64,000 nt of DNA from Candidatus Falkowbacteria bacterium (GCA_003518055.1 DOZJ01000002.1:55225-119224), one strand, 5' to 3'. Counted from the first letter of the stretch, positions 27,402-38,156 are shown. A program made the numbers and translations. The notes: generated by a model from the letters alone, not told the origin.

Positions 27402-29120
27402 ATGAAAATACTTATTATCGGTGCCAAAGGCATGCTTGGTCAAGAGTTAGCTAAGGTTTTTAATGATGAAGATCTTCATCAGTGGGATCGCGAAGAGATT
27501 GATATTACCGATCGAAACGCGGTCTTCACCAAGGTCAAAGCTTTAGCGCCTGACATCATCATCAATGCCGCCGCCTACAACGCGGTGGACCAAGCCGAAG
27601 AGGAAACAGAGTTGGCTCACCTCGTCAACGCTGTCGGCCCCAAAAATCTAGCAGAGGTGGCTAGGGATCTGCACACTAAATTTGTTCACTACAGCAGTGA
27701 TTATGTTTTTGATGGTACCAAAACCGACGGATACACAGAAACCGATACCCCAAACCCGATCAGCGAATATGGCCGATCAAAGCTGGCGGGGGAGCGTTTC
27801 GTTCAAACTGCCGGCGGCCAATATTACATTATTCGCTTGTCTCGGCTATTTGGCCGGCCCGCCTTATCCGATGGCGCTAAAAAAAGCTTTGTCGACGTTA
27901 TGCGCGACCTAGGTGAAACCAAAGATGAGCTTCAGGTGGTGAATGAAGAAGTCAGCTGTCCGACATATGCTCCTGACCTTGCGTTGCAAACCAAACGGTT
28001 GCTGTCGCTCCAATTACCAGCCGGTATTTATCATTCGGCCAATGCGGGCGCCTGCACTTGGTATGAGTTCGCGGCTGAAATTTTCAAAACTTTAAATAAA
28101 ACCCTTCACTTGATCCCTGTAGCCGGATCCACTTTTCCTCGGCCGGCCAAACGCCCGGCGTATTCAGAGTTAAAGACAACAAAAATGCCGGCGATGCGGC
28201 CTTGGTCGGAGGCGCTACGTGAATATTTGAATCGCGATAATCGTCCGGTTAAAACCGATCTGACTTCCAAATCAAATTCAGCAGCCAATCTCAATCAAAT
28301 GCCACTCAATCAAAATGTTATTCCTCCCGTCGTGCCACAATCTGTTGGCTCAAGTCGAGGGATGAAAGGGATTGTTCTAGCCGGAGGCAAGGGCACTCGT
28401 CTGTATCCATTGACTAAAATCACCAGCAAACAGCTACTGCCTGTTTTCAACAAAGCCATGGTGATGTACCCGGTGGAAACTTTGATTAGGGCTGGAATAA
28501 AAGATATTTTAATCATTGTCGCGCCTGATCACGCCGGCGATTACTTGCGCCTGCTCGGTTCCGGTCGAGAATTAGGGGTCAAATTTACCTACGAAATTCA
28601 AGATGAACCCAAAGGCTTGCCCGAAGCGTTCATTATCGGGGAGAATTTTATCGGCGACGACGATGTGACCATGATTTTGGGCGACAATATTTTCTTTGGG
28701 CATGATTTTTCCGACGACATCCAGTCTTTTGTCAAAGGCGGCCGAATTTTTGCCGTTGAAGTCCCAGATCCGGAGCGCTTTGGCGTTGTCGAATTTGATT
28801 CCACCATGAAAGTGTTGTCGATTGAAGAAAAACCGCAACAGCCAAAGAGTCATTACGCTATTCCCGGTGTTTATATTTACGACCATCGCGTGATCAATAT
28901 TGCCAAAGGTATCCGGCCAACTTGGCGGACTGAAACCGATATTGTCGAGGTCCACAAAGCCTATCTTGGATTAAATGAACTTGATGTCCGCATGGTTCGT
29001 GGCAGTTGGTATGATGCCGGCACCTTCGAGTCTCTGCTTCAGGCTTCAAATGAAGCGGCCGCCGAAGCTTACAAAAAAAAGCTGGGCATGAATCCGGATA
29101 TTTATACCGCCAAAAAATAA
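27402..29120 (+). CDS. rfbD-rfbA: Bifunctional fusion: dTDP-4-dehydrorhamnose reductase (RmlD, N-terminal) + glucose-1-phosphate thymidylyltransferase (RmlA, C-terminal)
   Basis: N-terminal 'MKILIIGAKGMLGQEL' Rossmann and 'YSSDYVFDG' of RmlD. From about residue 320, 'MKGIVLAGGKGTRLYPLT' of RmlA. Single uninterrupted 572-aa frame with a Pro/Ser/Asn-rich linker. Confidence 0.8.
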   Translation: MKILIIGAKGMLGQELAKVFNDEDLHQWDREEIDITDRNAVFTKVKALAPDIIINAAAYNAVDQAEEETELAHLVNAVGPKNLAEVARDLHTKFVHYSSDYVFDGTKTDGYTETDTPNPISEYGRSKLAGERFVQTAGGQYYIIRLSRLFGRPALSDGAKKSFVDVMRDLGETKDELQVVNEEVSCPTYAPDLALQTKRLLSLQLPAGIYHSANAGACTWYEFAAEIFKTLNKTLHLIPVAGSTFPRPAKRPAYSELKTTKMPAMRPWSEALREYLNRDNRPVKTDLTSKSNSAANLNQMPLNQNVIPPVVPQSVGSSRGMKGIVLAGGKGTRLYPLTKITSKQLLPVFNKAMVMYPVETLIRAGIKDILIIVAPDHAGDYLRLLGSGRELGVKFTYEIQDEPKGLPEAFIIGENFIGDDDVTMILGDNIFFGHDFSDDIQSFVKGGRIFAVEVPDPERFGVVEFDSTMKVLSIEEKPQQPKSHYAIPGVYIYDHRVINIAKGIRPTWRTETDIVEVHKAYLGLNELDVRMVRGSWYDAGTFESLLQASNEAAAEAYKKKLGMNPDIYTAKK

Positions 29121-29136
29121 TCATCGACCGGCCAAG

Positions 29137-29156
29137 ACCTGTTTTTAAAAACAGGT
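29137..29156. terminator. Perfect 20-bp palindrome 'acctgtttttaaaaacaggt' (hairpin, weak T-run)
   Basis: Direct reading, 16 nt after the rfbDA stop. Confidence 0.4.
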
Positions 29157-29192
29157 TTGTCTGGTTGACCAATAAAACAAAAATAAAATTTA

Positions 29193-30052
29193 TGATGATG
29201 TCCTTCAAAGAAGTTTTTAAGACGTCTTGGCGCAACGTTTTCAAGTACAAAAGTTTGTGGTTCATGGGCATATTCGTATCCGGCGCCAGCATTCTACTCG
29301 AATATAATCCGGACGATATCAACCAATTTTTTTCCACCCTAGCCTCAGTCGGAGTTATCAATTGGTTCACCGGACTCGCCAAGGCGCCTGCGTTTCTTCT
29401 GTTGATTATTTTAGGCTTGATTTTAGCCGTAGTTTTTGCCTTGATTTCTGTCATTGCCTCAGCTGGATTGCTGGCAGCAGTAGGGCAAATCAAAAATGAA
29501 GCTCGAGCTGATTTTAAATATAATATAAAAGCCGGTCTGAGCCGATTCGCGCCGATGATCGTGGCGGCTGTTTGGTTTTTTATCCCCTTGTTTTTTCTGT
29601 TTATTTTGACGGTTATTTTTTATCAATTTGAGTTGTTTTTCTTGTCGTCATTAGTTGGTATATTGATGTTTGTTTACATGTTTTTCATTTATTTATTCAA
29701 ACACTTTGCTTCATGTTATATCGTGCTGGAGCAGTACCCTGCTTGGGCGGCAATCATGGCCGGTTTTAAATTTTTTATCCGGAATTGGTCTTCGGTATTA
29801 GTCGCGCACTTGATTGATTGGGGTATCCTCTTGGCCTTCTTTTTGGCCAGTTTTCTAATCGCGGCGTTGGTGGCCATCCCCTTTATCCTGATCGGTGCCA
29901 TTTTGATCCTTTTTTCCGGCTGGAGCTTACCGTTTGTCACCATCATGATCGGTATTGTCGTTTATGGTTTAGTCACGATAATTATGTCCGGAATTCGAGT
30001 TTGTTTCTCGTATAACTTTTTAACGCATACATACTGGCAGCTGAAAAAATAA
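29193..30052 (+). CDS. Hypothetical polytopic membrane protein
   Basis: Multiple hydrophobic helices. ATG at 29193 is preferred over the TTG at 29165. Confidence 0.5.
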
Positions 30053-30070
30053 AATTTGCAGCTGAATTAA

Positions 30071-30095
30071 AAAACAGGCATAGCGCCTGTTTTTA
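30071..30095. terminator. Bidirectional terminator (A5-caggc-atagc-gcctg-T5) between convergent genes
   Basis: Hairpin flanked by an A-run and a T-run. Confidence 0.6.
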
Positions 30096-30107
30096 AGTTG
30101 ATTTGTC

Positions 30108-31460
30108 TTAATGTATCTCCAAGGCAAATAATCCGGGTTCGGTATTCTTAAAGTAATATATAAACTCTCCCTTCCGGTCAAGTACCATATCATTGATATC
30201 ATCAATCGGGAGGTCCCACTGCAGCCGATAGTCTCGTTCGTCCAGTTCGATTATTTTAGCCCGATTTTGGAAGGCGTACACGACATAGTTTATCTCCGGA
30301 TACCAGCTGACGTGACTGATCCCATCGCTCACCCTGGTAATGGTAGTCTTTTCCCCAGCGTCCAGATCGAACACCGCGATTTCATTCTTGTCTGCGACTA
30401 AAAGCAGATTTTCTTTTTCTTTGTAATAATAACTTGAAAGCTCAGTCACACCGGTCAAGATTTCTCCCAGCCCTAAACTGACAAAATATGTTGTATCTGA
30501 TGTTTTATCAAGAATCACCAAATGATCATCAACCACTCCTGGGATGGTATATTCTGCTGTCGGCAGGATTATTTTTGCCTCAGGCCGGTCAGCCGGCACT
30601 CCGACGCGATGCCTTTCAATGATCGTTTCTTGATTTCGATCGCTGGAGATCAGATAAAGGTAATCATTGTAAATATTGAAATCCGCTTGTTTGACCGGGT
30701 TATAGTTGTCCACGGTTTCCGTCACTAGGATCCGATTTTGAATGGTGGCTTGGATAATTTTGTCACCCGACACCGCGTACAAAATATTATCTTCTTCCAA
30801 ACTAAATTTAACCTTTACCGCATTGGCCATAAATTCGGCGACTGTTATTTTAATGCTTGGAGCGGTCCGGTTGATAATTACTCCGGACAAAGCCGGCTCA
30901 GCGAAGGTCAGGAGCAAAAAATTTCCGTCTTTTGACCATGATAGGTTCGGCTCATTTAGAGTGTCGGTGGTATTATATATTTTTTGGACTGTTTTGCTGC
31001 CAAACGCGTAGTAATAAATATCCAGCTCATTCTCGTTGTGGCTGAGAATGGCCGCGCCTTTTCGATCCGGTGTTTCCGCCATGGCCGTGACACGAAAGTC
31101 AAACAACTTTTTCGGATCGGTTTTTTTGAACAACACAATATCTTCAGCAAAGGTCGTTTCCTGCGAGTTTATAGTTAGATTTTTTTTCCATGGATAATAA
31201 CCGTCTTTCGAGATTTCGATGGTATATTTTTGCGGCGTCAAATCAGTCAGTCTGATCGGGGTCTGATATTCTACTTCTTGATTGAGCGTCAGCCGCGCGG
31301 CCCGGGGAGCGGTTTCAACTACCAGTGTGCCGGTCGTCGCCAGCTGTTGTTTTTTTGGATTGTAGCGATAGCCGGCAGTGTAAAAAATCAAAATCGGGGC
31401 GATGATCACAAAAGCCAAAATGAATGAATACGCCAAAAAACGCCGCGCGTGGATGTTCAT
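30108..31460 (-). CDS. PEGA-domain protein with N-terminal TM anchor and beta-rich C-terminal region
   Basis: 'YTIEISKDGYYPWKKNLTIN' matches the PEGA motif. 450 aa. Confidence 0.55.
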   Translation of the reverse strand: MNIHARRFLAYSFILAFVIIAPILIFYTAGYRYNPKKQQLATTGTLVVETAPRAARLTLNQEVEYQTPIRLTDLTPQKYTIEISKDGYYPWKKNLTINSQETTFAEDIVLFKKTDPKKLFDFRVTAMAETPDRKGAAILSHNENELDIYYYAFGSKTVQKIYNTTDTLNEPNLSWSKDGNFLLLTFAEPALSGVIINRTAPSIKITVAEFMANAVKVKFSLEEDNILYAVSGDKIIQATIQNRILVTETVDNYNPVKQADFNIYNDYLYLISSDRNQETIIERHRVGVPADRPEAKIILPTAEYTIPGVVDDHLVILDKTSDTTYFVSLGLGEILTGVTELSSYYYKEKENLLLVADKNEIAVFDLDAGEKTTITRVSDGISHVSWYPEINYVVYAFQNRAKIIELDERDYRLQWDLPIDDINDMVLDRKGEFIYYFKNTEPGLFALEIH

Positions 31461-31626
31461 AAATTAGTTGGAAGTCAATGACGATTTACCCTTCTATCCT
31501 ACCTGAAAATTCGAAAAAATTCAATTATTCGCGTCCGGACTTTATTTTATGGTGATTTTGTGCTAGATTGTTAGAGGAATTAATCGTTTTGTTTTTAACC
31601 AATTTTATCTGATAAAAGTCAACCAT

Positions 31627-32883
31627 ATGTCAAAGTTCATTATTACCGGAGGTAAAGCATTGAGTGGTGAGATCTCCGTCATGGGGGCCAAGAACGCCGC
31701 GTTAAAAATTCTGGCAGCTTCACTTCTGTCCGACAAAGAAATCACCATCAATAATGTGCCGAACATCGAGGAAATCAGTCGGCTGCTTGAGCTGATGGAA
31801 AGCATCGGCACCCAATACCGCCGCTCCGAGGAACGACTGATACTCAAAACGCCGGTCATTACCGATTCAAAGTTGCCCGAAGAATTAGTGCGCAAGATTC
31901 GCGCCGCTGTTTTGTTGGTCGGACCGCTTTTGGTTCGAACGGGTGAAGCGCATTTGTCTCACCCCGGTGGCTGCGCCATCGGCCAGCGACCGATCGATTT
32001 GTTTATCGAGGGTTTCAAGCGTTTTGGCGCCGAAGTTAAGTTTGATAATGATACCTATATTTTCAAAGCCAAAAAGCTCAAGGGCATGACTTTTATTTTC
32101 CCCAAAATTTCCGTCACCGCCACCGAAGCGCTTATGATGACGGCGACTCTGGCCGAAGGTACCACCACCCTCAAAAACGCGGCCTGTGAACCGGAAATCC
32201 CAGCCTTGGCCGAATATTTGAATCGAGTCGGGGCGCGGATTACCGGCGCCGGCACGCACACCATCGTTATCGAGGGGGTAAAGGAATTGTCGTCTGATAG
32301 TTATACCGTTATTCCTGATCGGGTTGAAGCCGGCAGCTTTGCCATTCTTGGCGCTTTGATCGGACACGACCTCAAGGTTGTCAATTGTCGCCCCGACCAC
32401 CTTGAAGCTTTGTGGACCATGTTCGACGCCATGGGCGTTGATTATCAGTTGGGTTCTGATTATGTTCAAGTTTTTGGTGGGAAAAAACTAAAGGCGGTCG
32501 ACATTCAAACTCATGAATATCCCGGGTTTATCACCGACTTGCAGCAGCCGTTCACAGTTTTGCTGACCCAAGCGGAGGGAATGTCTCTGGTTCATGAAAC
32601 GATTTTTGAGAGCCGTCTTTTTTATACCGATATGCTGCGTCAAATGGGGGCCAATATCATAATGTGCGATCCGCATCGAGTGATCGTCAATGGACCGACC
32701 AAATTATATGGCCGAAAATTGACCAGCCCTGACTTGCGCGCCGGTTTTGCCATGTTGCTGGCCGGTTTGGTGGCTGAAGGCGAGACGGAAATCGACAATA
32801 TATATCAGATTGATCGGGGATACAGCCACATTGAAAAACGCCTGCAAAATATCGGCGCTGACATCAAGCGTGTTGTTGACTAA
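31627..32883 (+). CDS. murA: UDP-N-acetylglucosamine 1-carboxyvinyltransferase
   Basis: 'GGKALSGEISVMGAKNAALKILAASLL' and 'HPGGCAIGQRPIDL' with the active-site Cys. Confidence 0.9.
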   Translation: MSKFIITGGKALSGEISVMGAKNAALKILAASLLSDKEITINNVPNIEEISRLLELMESIGTQYRRSEERLILKTPVITDSKLPEELVRKIRAAVLLVGPLLVRTGEAHLSHPGGCAIGQRPIDLFIEGFKRFGAEVKFDNDTYIFKAKKLKGMTFIFPKISVTATEALMMTATLAEGTTTLKNAACEPEIPALAEYLNRVGARITGAGTHTIVIEGVKELSSDSYTVIPDRVEAGSFAILGALIGHDLKVVNCRPDHLEALWTMFDAMGVDYQLGSDYVQVFGGKKLKAVDIQTHEYPGFITDLQQPFTVLLTQAEGMSLVHETIFESRLFYTDMLRQMGANIIMCDPHRVIVNGPTKLYGRKLTSPDLRAGFAMLLAGLVAEGETEIDNIYQIDRGYSHIEKRLQNIGADIKRVVD

Positions 32884-32939
32884 GTAGCGCATCTGTGTTT
32901 TTAAAGATATTCGAGTGTCTGATTTTTTCTTAACTGGCA

Positions 32940-34241
32940 TTGACCGGAGCGGTCCCTTTTGTTTTCTGTCTGCGTTTTATATTAATTATTATGGACATTC
33001 AGTCTTATCAAAATCATTTAAAGACAAGTATGGGAAAACTCAAACGGTTTGCCTTTTTGTATATTATTTTTATCGTGGTTATTATCTCTTTTGGCGTTGG
33101 ATTTGTGGCCGGCCGAATAAAAATTAATTCCACGTCCGGATTTGTCAATTATTATCAAACCGCCTTGGCCGGAGAAGATTTACCCGAGGTATTTGAGGGG
33201 GATTTGATCAAGTCGATCTGGGGCATGCTGCAGTCTGATTTCATTTACAAAGACAAACTTGATCCGGCCAAAATGTATTACAGCGCTCTCGAAGGGTTTG
33301 TGAATGGCGCCGATGATCCATATACGAATTATTTGGATCCGGAGCAGACCGAAGAATTTCAAAGCGATATCAATGCCGAGTTCGAGGGGATTGGAGCTGA
33401 AATCGGCATCCGCGACGGCCGATTGACCATTGTGGCTCCGATGCCCGGTTCGCCGGCCGCCAAAGCCGGGCTATTGGCCGGAGATAAAATTTACGCCATC
33501 GATGAAATTGATACGACCGATATGTCGATGGACAAAGCGATCAAACTTATTCGTGGCCCGCGGGGCACTGATGTAAAGTTGTTGGTTTTACGCGGGGCTG
33601 ACACCCCGATTGACGTGGTGATTACCCGCGACACGATTGAGATTGCGAGCGTGGAGTGGGAATTCCGGTCTGACAATATATTATATATAAAAATAGCGAA
33701 TTTTTACCGTGACACCGACGAGCAGATCGACAAAATTGTCAAAGAAAGCCGTGGTCGTGAGTTGTCGGGAATAATCTTGGATATGAGAAACAATCCGGGC
33801 GGCATTTTATCTGAAGCCAATTATGTCGCGTCTCAATGGCTTAATTCCGATGAGGTGGTCGTGGTTGAGCGATTCAGCGACGGCCGTGAAGTGCAGTATC
33901 AAGCTGACGCCGGTTCGCCGTTTCGTGATATCCCGACCGTGGTGTTGGTCAATGTCGGCTCAGCCTCAGGTTCGGAGATCGTAGCCGGCGCCCTTCAGGA
34001 TTATCATCAGGGAATTATCCTCGGCGAACAAACTTTCGGCAAGGGATCGGTTCAAGAGCTGCGGCCGCTGCCCGATGGTTCGTCGTTAAAAGTCACCACC
34101 GCCATCTGGCTGACCCCGAATAAAAATTCTATCAACGAAGTGGGTATCACTCCGGATGAAATAGTGGCGATGACTTATGAAGATTATCAAGCCGAGCGTG
34201 ATCCGCAGCTTGATAAAGCGCTATCGCTGATAAAAAAATAA
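32940..34241 (+). CDS. C-terminal processing peptidase (S41, CtpA-like) with PDZ domain
   Basis: PDZ 'GIGAEIGIRDGRLTIVAPMPGSPAAKAGLLAGDKI'. S41 'LDMRNNPGGIL' and 'TFGKGSVQ'. Start may be the internal Met at 33030. Confidence 0.8.
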   Translation: MTGAVPFVFCLRFILIIMDIQSYQNHLKTSMGKLKRFAFLYIIFIVVIISFGVGFVAGRIKINSTSGFVNYYQTALAGEDLPEVFEGDLIKSIWGMLQSDFIYKDKLDPAKMYYSALEGFVNGADDPYTNYLDPEQTEEFQSDINAEFEGIGAEIGIRDGRLTIVAPMPGSPAAKAGLLAGDKIYAIDEIDTTDMSMDKAIKLIRGPRGTDVKLLVLRGADTPIDVVITRDTIEIASVEWEFRSDNILYIKIANFYRDTDEQIDKIVKESRGRELSGIILDMRNNPGGILSEANYVASQWLNSDEVVVVERFSDGREVQYQADAGSPFRDIPTVVLVNVGSASGSEIVAGALQDYHQGIILGEQTFGKGSVQELRPLPDGSSLKVTTAIWLTPNKNSINEVGITPDEIVAMTYEDYQAERDPQLDKALSLIKK

Positions 34242-34319
34242 GACTGACAAAAACGAGGGGATACTCTCGTTTTTGGCTTTTGGAATAATGTGATAAAATA
34301 CGTTAAAGATGAATAATAT

Positions 34320-34760
34320 ATGAAGATTGTTGTGCTGAAAAATGATCCTAGGATTGGAAAAGTCGGCGACCTCAAGACCGTGTCCGACGGCTATGCCTCC
34401 AACTTCTTGTTTCCTCAAAAGCTAGCCGCTCCGGCTACGCCGGCCAATGTAGCACTCGCAGCCAAGATAAACAATCAGCGGGCTGAGCAATTGGGCCGGC
34501 CGAAAATTGCGGCTCAAACCGCGATCAGCCGGTTGTCGGGGATGCATTTGACGTTCACCGAGCCGGCCGATGAATCAGGAACTTTTTTTGCCGGCGTTAC
34601 GCGCGAATTGATTGCCTCAGCGTTGAATTTAAAAGGAATTGGGGTTAAAAGCAAACAAATCATTTTGGCTCAGCCGATCAAAACCGCCGGCCGTTATCAC
34701 GTTCCGGTGTCAGTCGGCGGCCAAACAGTCGAAATAACCATTACCGCAACCAATCAATAG
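34320..34760 (+). CDS. rplI: 50S ribosomal protein L9
   Basis: 'MKIVVLKNDPRIGKVGDLKTVSDGYASNFLFP' is the canonical L9 N-terminal domain. Confidence 0.85.
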   Translation: MKIVVLKNDPRIGKVGDLKTVSDGYASNFLFPQKLAAPATPANVALAAKINNQRAEQLGRPKIAAQTAISRLSGMHLTFTEPADESGTFFAGVTRELIASALNLKGIGVKSKQIILAQPIKTAGRYHVPVSVGGQTVEITITATNQ

Positions 34761-34907
34761 GGTGATGAGTTAATTTAAATCGTTAATGCCGGTCGAGTCA
34801 AAAATTATTCCGGAGTGACTAGGTGTTTTCTTCATCGGCTTGATTTTTAAAAAAGTAAGCATTGGGTATAAAATTTAATTCACTAAGTTTTTCTTTTTCA
34901 GTTTTCT

Positions 34908-36554
34908 ATGTCCAAATACATTTTCGTGGTGGGAGGGGTGATGAGCGGCGTGGGCAAGGGGATTGCCTCAGCCTCGATCGGTCGAATACTTCAATCCAAG
35001 GGGTACAAAGTTACCGCCATCAAAATTGATCCGTATATTAATGTCGATGCCGGCACGATGAATCCGACCGAGCACGGGGAAGTTTTTGTCACCGATGACG
35101 GCGATGAAACCGATCAGGATATCGGTAATTATGAGAGATTTCTCAACCAAGATATTACTTCGGTCAATTATATGACGACCGGCCGAGTTTACAAGACGGT
35201 CATCGAAAAGGAGCGTAATTTGGAATACAAAGGCAAATGCGTGGAAGTCGTGCCTCACATTCCCGACGAGATTATTCGGCGGATTACCACCGCGGCGGAA
35301 AAAGCCCGAGCGGACATTTCTATCGTTGAGGTCGGCGGTACGGTTGGGGAGTATCAAAACTTGTTATTTTTGGAAGCGGCCAGAATGATGAAAATGACTA
35401 ATTACGGCGATGTGGTATTCGTTTTGGTTTCTTATCTGCCGATTCCTTCGAAAATCGGGGAGATGAAAACCAAACCGACCCAATACGCGATTCGGACGTT
35501 GAATTCCGCCGGTATTCAGCCTGATTTTGTGGTTTGCCGCGCAGACCGGGCGATTGACGATGTGCGCAAGAAGAAAATTTCCATCCAAGGCAATGTGTTC
35601 AAAGACCATATTATCTCCGCTCCGGATATTGATTATATTTACGAAGTGCCGCTTAATTTTGAGAAAGAACGCTTTGGCGATTTGATTTTGAAGCAATTTG
35701 GCTGGTCGGAAAAATCAGATGCGCCCGGCTTGAAGGAATGGGAGAATTTTATTGATCGGATCAAGCGCTCGGACAAAAAAAATAATGAAATTAAAATCGG
35801 CATTGTCGGCAAATATTTCAAAACCGGCGACTTTGTGTTAACTGATTCTTATATTTCAGTCATCGAGGCGATCAAGCACGCCTGCTGGAAAATCGAAGCC
35901 AAGCCGGTCTTGACTTGGATCAACTCCGAGGAGTATGAAGAAGAGCCCGCAAAATTGTCCGAACTTAGTCAGTATGACGGTATTATCGTGCCCGGCGGTT
36001 TTGGTACTCGGGGGATTGAAGGCAAAATTTCCGCCATTGAATACGTGCGGCAAAATGGCATTCCTTATTTGGGCTTATGTTATGGTATGCAGCTGGCCAC
36101 GATTGAGTTTGCCCGCCATGTCGCCGGTATCAAGGACGCCACTACCTCCGAGGTTGATCCCGACGCCAAACACCAAATCATCCACACCAATCCGGAGCAG
36201 GAAAAAAATATTGCCGCCAATCGTTATGGTTCATCCATGCGCCTTGGAGCCTATCCCTGCGAGCTGGCGCCGGACTCAATTTCAGCCAAGGCTTACAACA
36301 AAACCAAAATCTCCGAGCGGCACCGCCATCGCTACGAATTTAACAATGACTATCGTGAACAGTTGGAGCAGGCCGGCCTAAAATTTGCCGGTGTTTCTCC
36401 GGACAACAAATTGGTGGAGGTGATTGAGCTTCCCAACCACCCGTTTTTTGTCGGTGTGCAGTTTCACCCGGAACTGAAATCGCGGCCGCTGACCGGTCAT
36501 CCACTCTTCAACGCCTTTATCGAAGCCGCGGCCGAACATAAAACCAAAGAATAA
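34908..36554 (+). CDS. pyrG: CTP synthase
   Basis: 'KYIFVVGGVMSGVGKGI' start. Glutamine amidotransferase 'GLCYGMQ' and 'HRHRYE'. Confidence 0.95.
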   Translation: MSKYIFVVGGVMSGVGKGIASASIGRILQSKGYKVTAIKIDPYINVDAGTMNPTEHGEVFVTDDGDETDQDIGNYERFLNQDITSVNYMTTGRVYKTVIEKERNLEYKGKCVEVVPHIPDEIIRRITTAAEKARADISIVEVGGTVGEYQNLLFLEAARMMKMTNYGDVVFVLVSYLPIPSKIGEMKTKPTQYAIRTLNSAGIQPDFVVCRADRAIDDVRKKKISIQGNVFKDHIISAPDIDYIYEVPLNFEKERFGDLILKQFGWSEKSDAPGLKEWENFIDRIKRSDKKNNEIKIGIVGKYFKTGDFVLTDSYISVIEAIKHACWKIEAKPVLTWINSEEYEEEPAKLSELSQYDGIIVPGGFGTRGIEGKISAIEYVRQNGIPYLGLCYGMQLATIEFARHVAGIKDATTSEVDPDAKHQIIHTNPEQEKNIAANRYGSSMRLGAYPCELAPDSISAKAYNKTKISERHRHRYEFNNDYREQLEQAGLKFAGVSPDNKLVEVIELPNHPFFVGVQFHPELKSRPLTGHPLFNAFIEAAAEHKTKE

Positions 36555-36555
36555 T

Positions 36556-36933
36556 ATGTTAAAGCTTCAAGTTAACCACACTGTCGCAGTTGTTGGCGCC
36601 TCAGCCAATCAGGACAAATATGGTTACAAAGTTTTAAATACCCTCAAGGTCAAAGGGGTGAAAGTCTACCCAGTTAATCCCAACGCTGATTGTATTGGTG
36701 GGTTAAAGGTCTGGCCGGATTTGGCCTCGCTGCCGGTCAAGCCGGATATTATTTCAATCATTGTTCCGCCGGCGGTTAGTCTGCGGATTGTCGATCAGAT
36801 TATTAAATTGAAGTATGATAATGTGTGGTTTCAGCCCGGCAGTTTTGATGAAGCCGTTTTAGCCAAAGCCAAATCAGCAGGGTTGAATTATGAGGCTAAG
36901 GCTTGCATTTTAGTCGCGGCTGGCGAGTTATAA
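36556..36933 (+). CDS. CoA-binding domain protein (YccU-like)
   Basis: 'VAVVGASANQDKYGYKV' CoA-binding Rossmann. Confidence 0.7.
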   Translation: MLKLQVNHTVAVVGASANQDKYGYKVLNTLKVKGVKVYPVNPNADCIGGLKVWPDLASLPVKPDIISIIVPPAVSLRIVDQIIKLKYDNVWFQPGSFDEAVLAKAKSAGLNYEAKACILVAAGEL

Positions 36934-36945
36934 AATAAAAAATAT

Positions 36946-37386
36946 ATGAATCAAGTCGGTTATTTAATTTCATTTATCATTGGATTGGTCTTGTTTGTTT
37001 TTGGTTTTTATTATCTGGCCAAAAGCCGCAAGATAAAGCACTGGCCGCGGGCTCAGGCCAAGGTTTTGAGCCGGCAAGTGATATTGTCCCAACAGCCGGC
37101 CGCTATTCATGACAACGAAATTGCTAAATATGAGGTAGCTATTGAATTTGAATATGTAGCCAACGGCCAGAAACTCCAAGCCGCCAATTTGTATCCATCT
37201 CATCACCTATATAGCCAAAAGCGGGCCGCCAAAGTTTTGGCCGAGCTGCCGCCATCAGCCATGATTTATTATAATCCGGATAAACCGGAAGAAGCCTATT
37301 TTTTGGCTGAACCGTATTGGATTTCAGTTGTAATCGTTATTTCCGGCTTTGTGCTGCTGCTGTTGGGGCTGCCATTCTTCTTCTGA
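36946..37386 (+). CDS. Membrane protein, DUF3592-like (two TM helices flanking a soluble domain)
   Basis: Architecture only. Confidence 0.4.
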   Translation: MNQVGYLISFIIGLVLFVFGFYYLAKSRKIKHWPRAQAKVLSRQVILSQQPAAIHDNEIAKYEVAIEFEYVANGQKLQAANLYPSHHLYSQKRAAKVLAELPPSAMIYYNPDKPEEAYFLAEPYWISVVIVISGFVLLLLGLPFFF

Positions 37387-37402
37387 CTTTATCTCCGCGA
37401 AA

Positions 37403-37426
37403 AAACCGGCCTGGCCGGATTTTTTG
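37403..37426 (+). terminator. Rho-independent terminator (A6-ccggc-ctg-gccgg-T6)
   Basis: GC stem and T-run. Confidence 0.6.
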
Positions 37427-37519
37427 TATCCTAAACCTCCGATTGTTTATTGTGAAAAGCTAAGAAAATTATTGGAGTTATTTTTTTTTCTAAGTTTAAG
37501 CCAAATAATGAGTATGTAC

Positions 37520-37548
37520 TTGACGTTATGGAGGAAATATGATATAAT
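37520..37548 (+). promoter_or_regulatory. Consensus promoter TTGACG-17-TGaTATAAT
   Basis: ttgacg at 37520-37525. 17-nt spacer ending tga. tataat at 37543-37548. Confidence 0.6.
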
Positions 37549-37608
37549 ACTCTGATGTAAGCTCTTTTTCACGTTTGCCTCACAGGGGAAACCCAAGGAG
37601 AGAAGCGC

Positions 37609-38031
37609 ATGAAGATCTATAAGGGAGACCGCATCACGTTCAACCATACCACCAGGATGAGAGGCCGGATCAAGCTGATCGTGAGCTACACCAACGGAAT
37701 GGGGCCGTTGATCGGCGCCGACGAGGTCAAGATGCTGGCCGACTGGCTGGCGGCTGAGATCCGCAGTCGGGGGATCGTCCTCGACCAGTGTCGGCACATC
37801 ATGCTTCACCTGGCCCACACCGAGCAGCATCCCGGATACAACAGCCGCGAAGGTCAGCCGATCGTCGGCTGCTTCGCCACCGTCCAGATGTATATGGGAC
37901 GCAAGCTGGTCGTGAGCCACGCCACCACCTACCACGGCTTCTTCCAGGCCGCACACGGTATGCTCCGAGGAACCGTGCTGCCGTACATCGCGCGCATGGC
38001 GTCCAAGGAGACTGTCGCGGCCGTGGCCTAA
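37609..38031 (+). CDS. Hypothetical protein on a GC-rich single-gene islet
   Basis: 140 aa. SD 'aaggag' 8 nt upstream. GC-rich codons (CTG/GCC/GGC/CGC) contrast sharply with flanks. Antisense ORFs 37447..38043 and 37788..38336 are shadows. Confidence 0.6.
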   Translation: MKIYKGDRITFNHTTRMRGRIKLIVSYTNGMGPLIGADEVKMLADWLAAEIRSRGIVLDQCRHIMLHLAHTEQHPGYNSREGQPIVGCFATVQMYMGRKLVVSHATTYHGFFQAAHGMLRGTVLPYIARMASKETVAAVA

Positions 38032-38156
38032 CCGTCTACCCACCTCATCTCAGCCCGATTCAGGGCAAATTCCAAGCAAAACCAAACCACGCAATATCAT
38101 TTGCACCCTGGCATCTCAATGTCAGGTTTTTTGATTATTTATTTTTGTGGATTATA

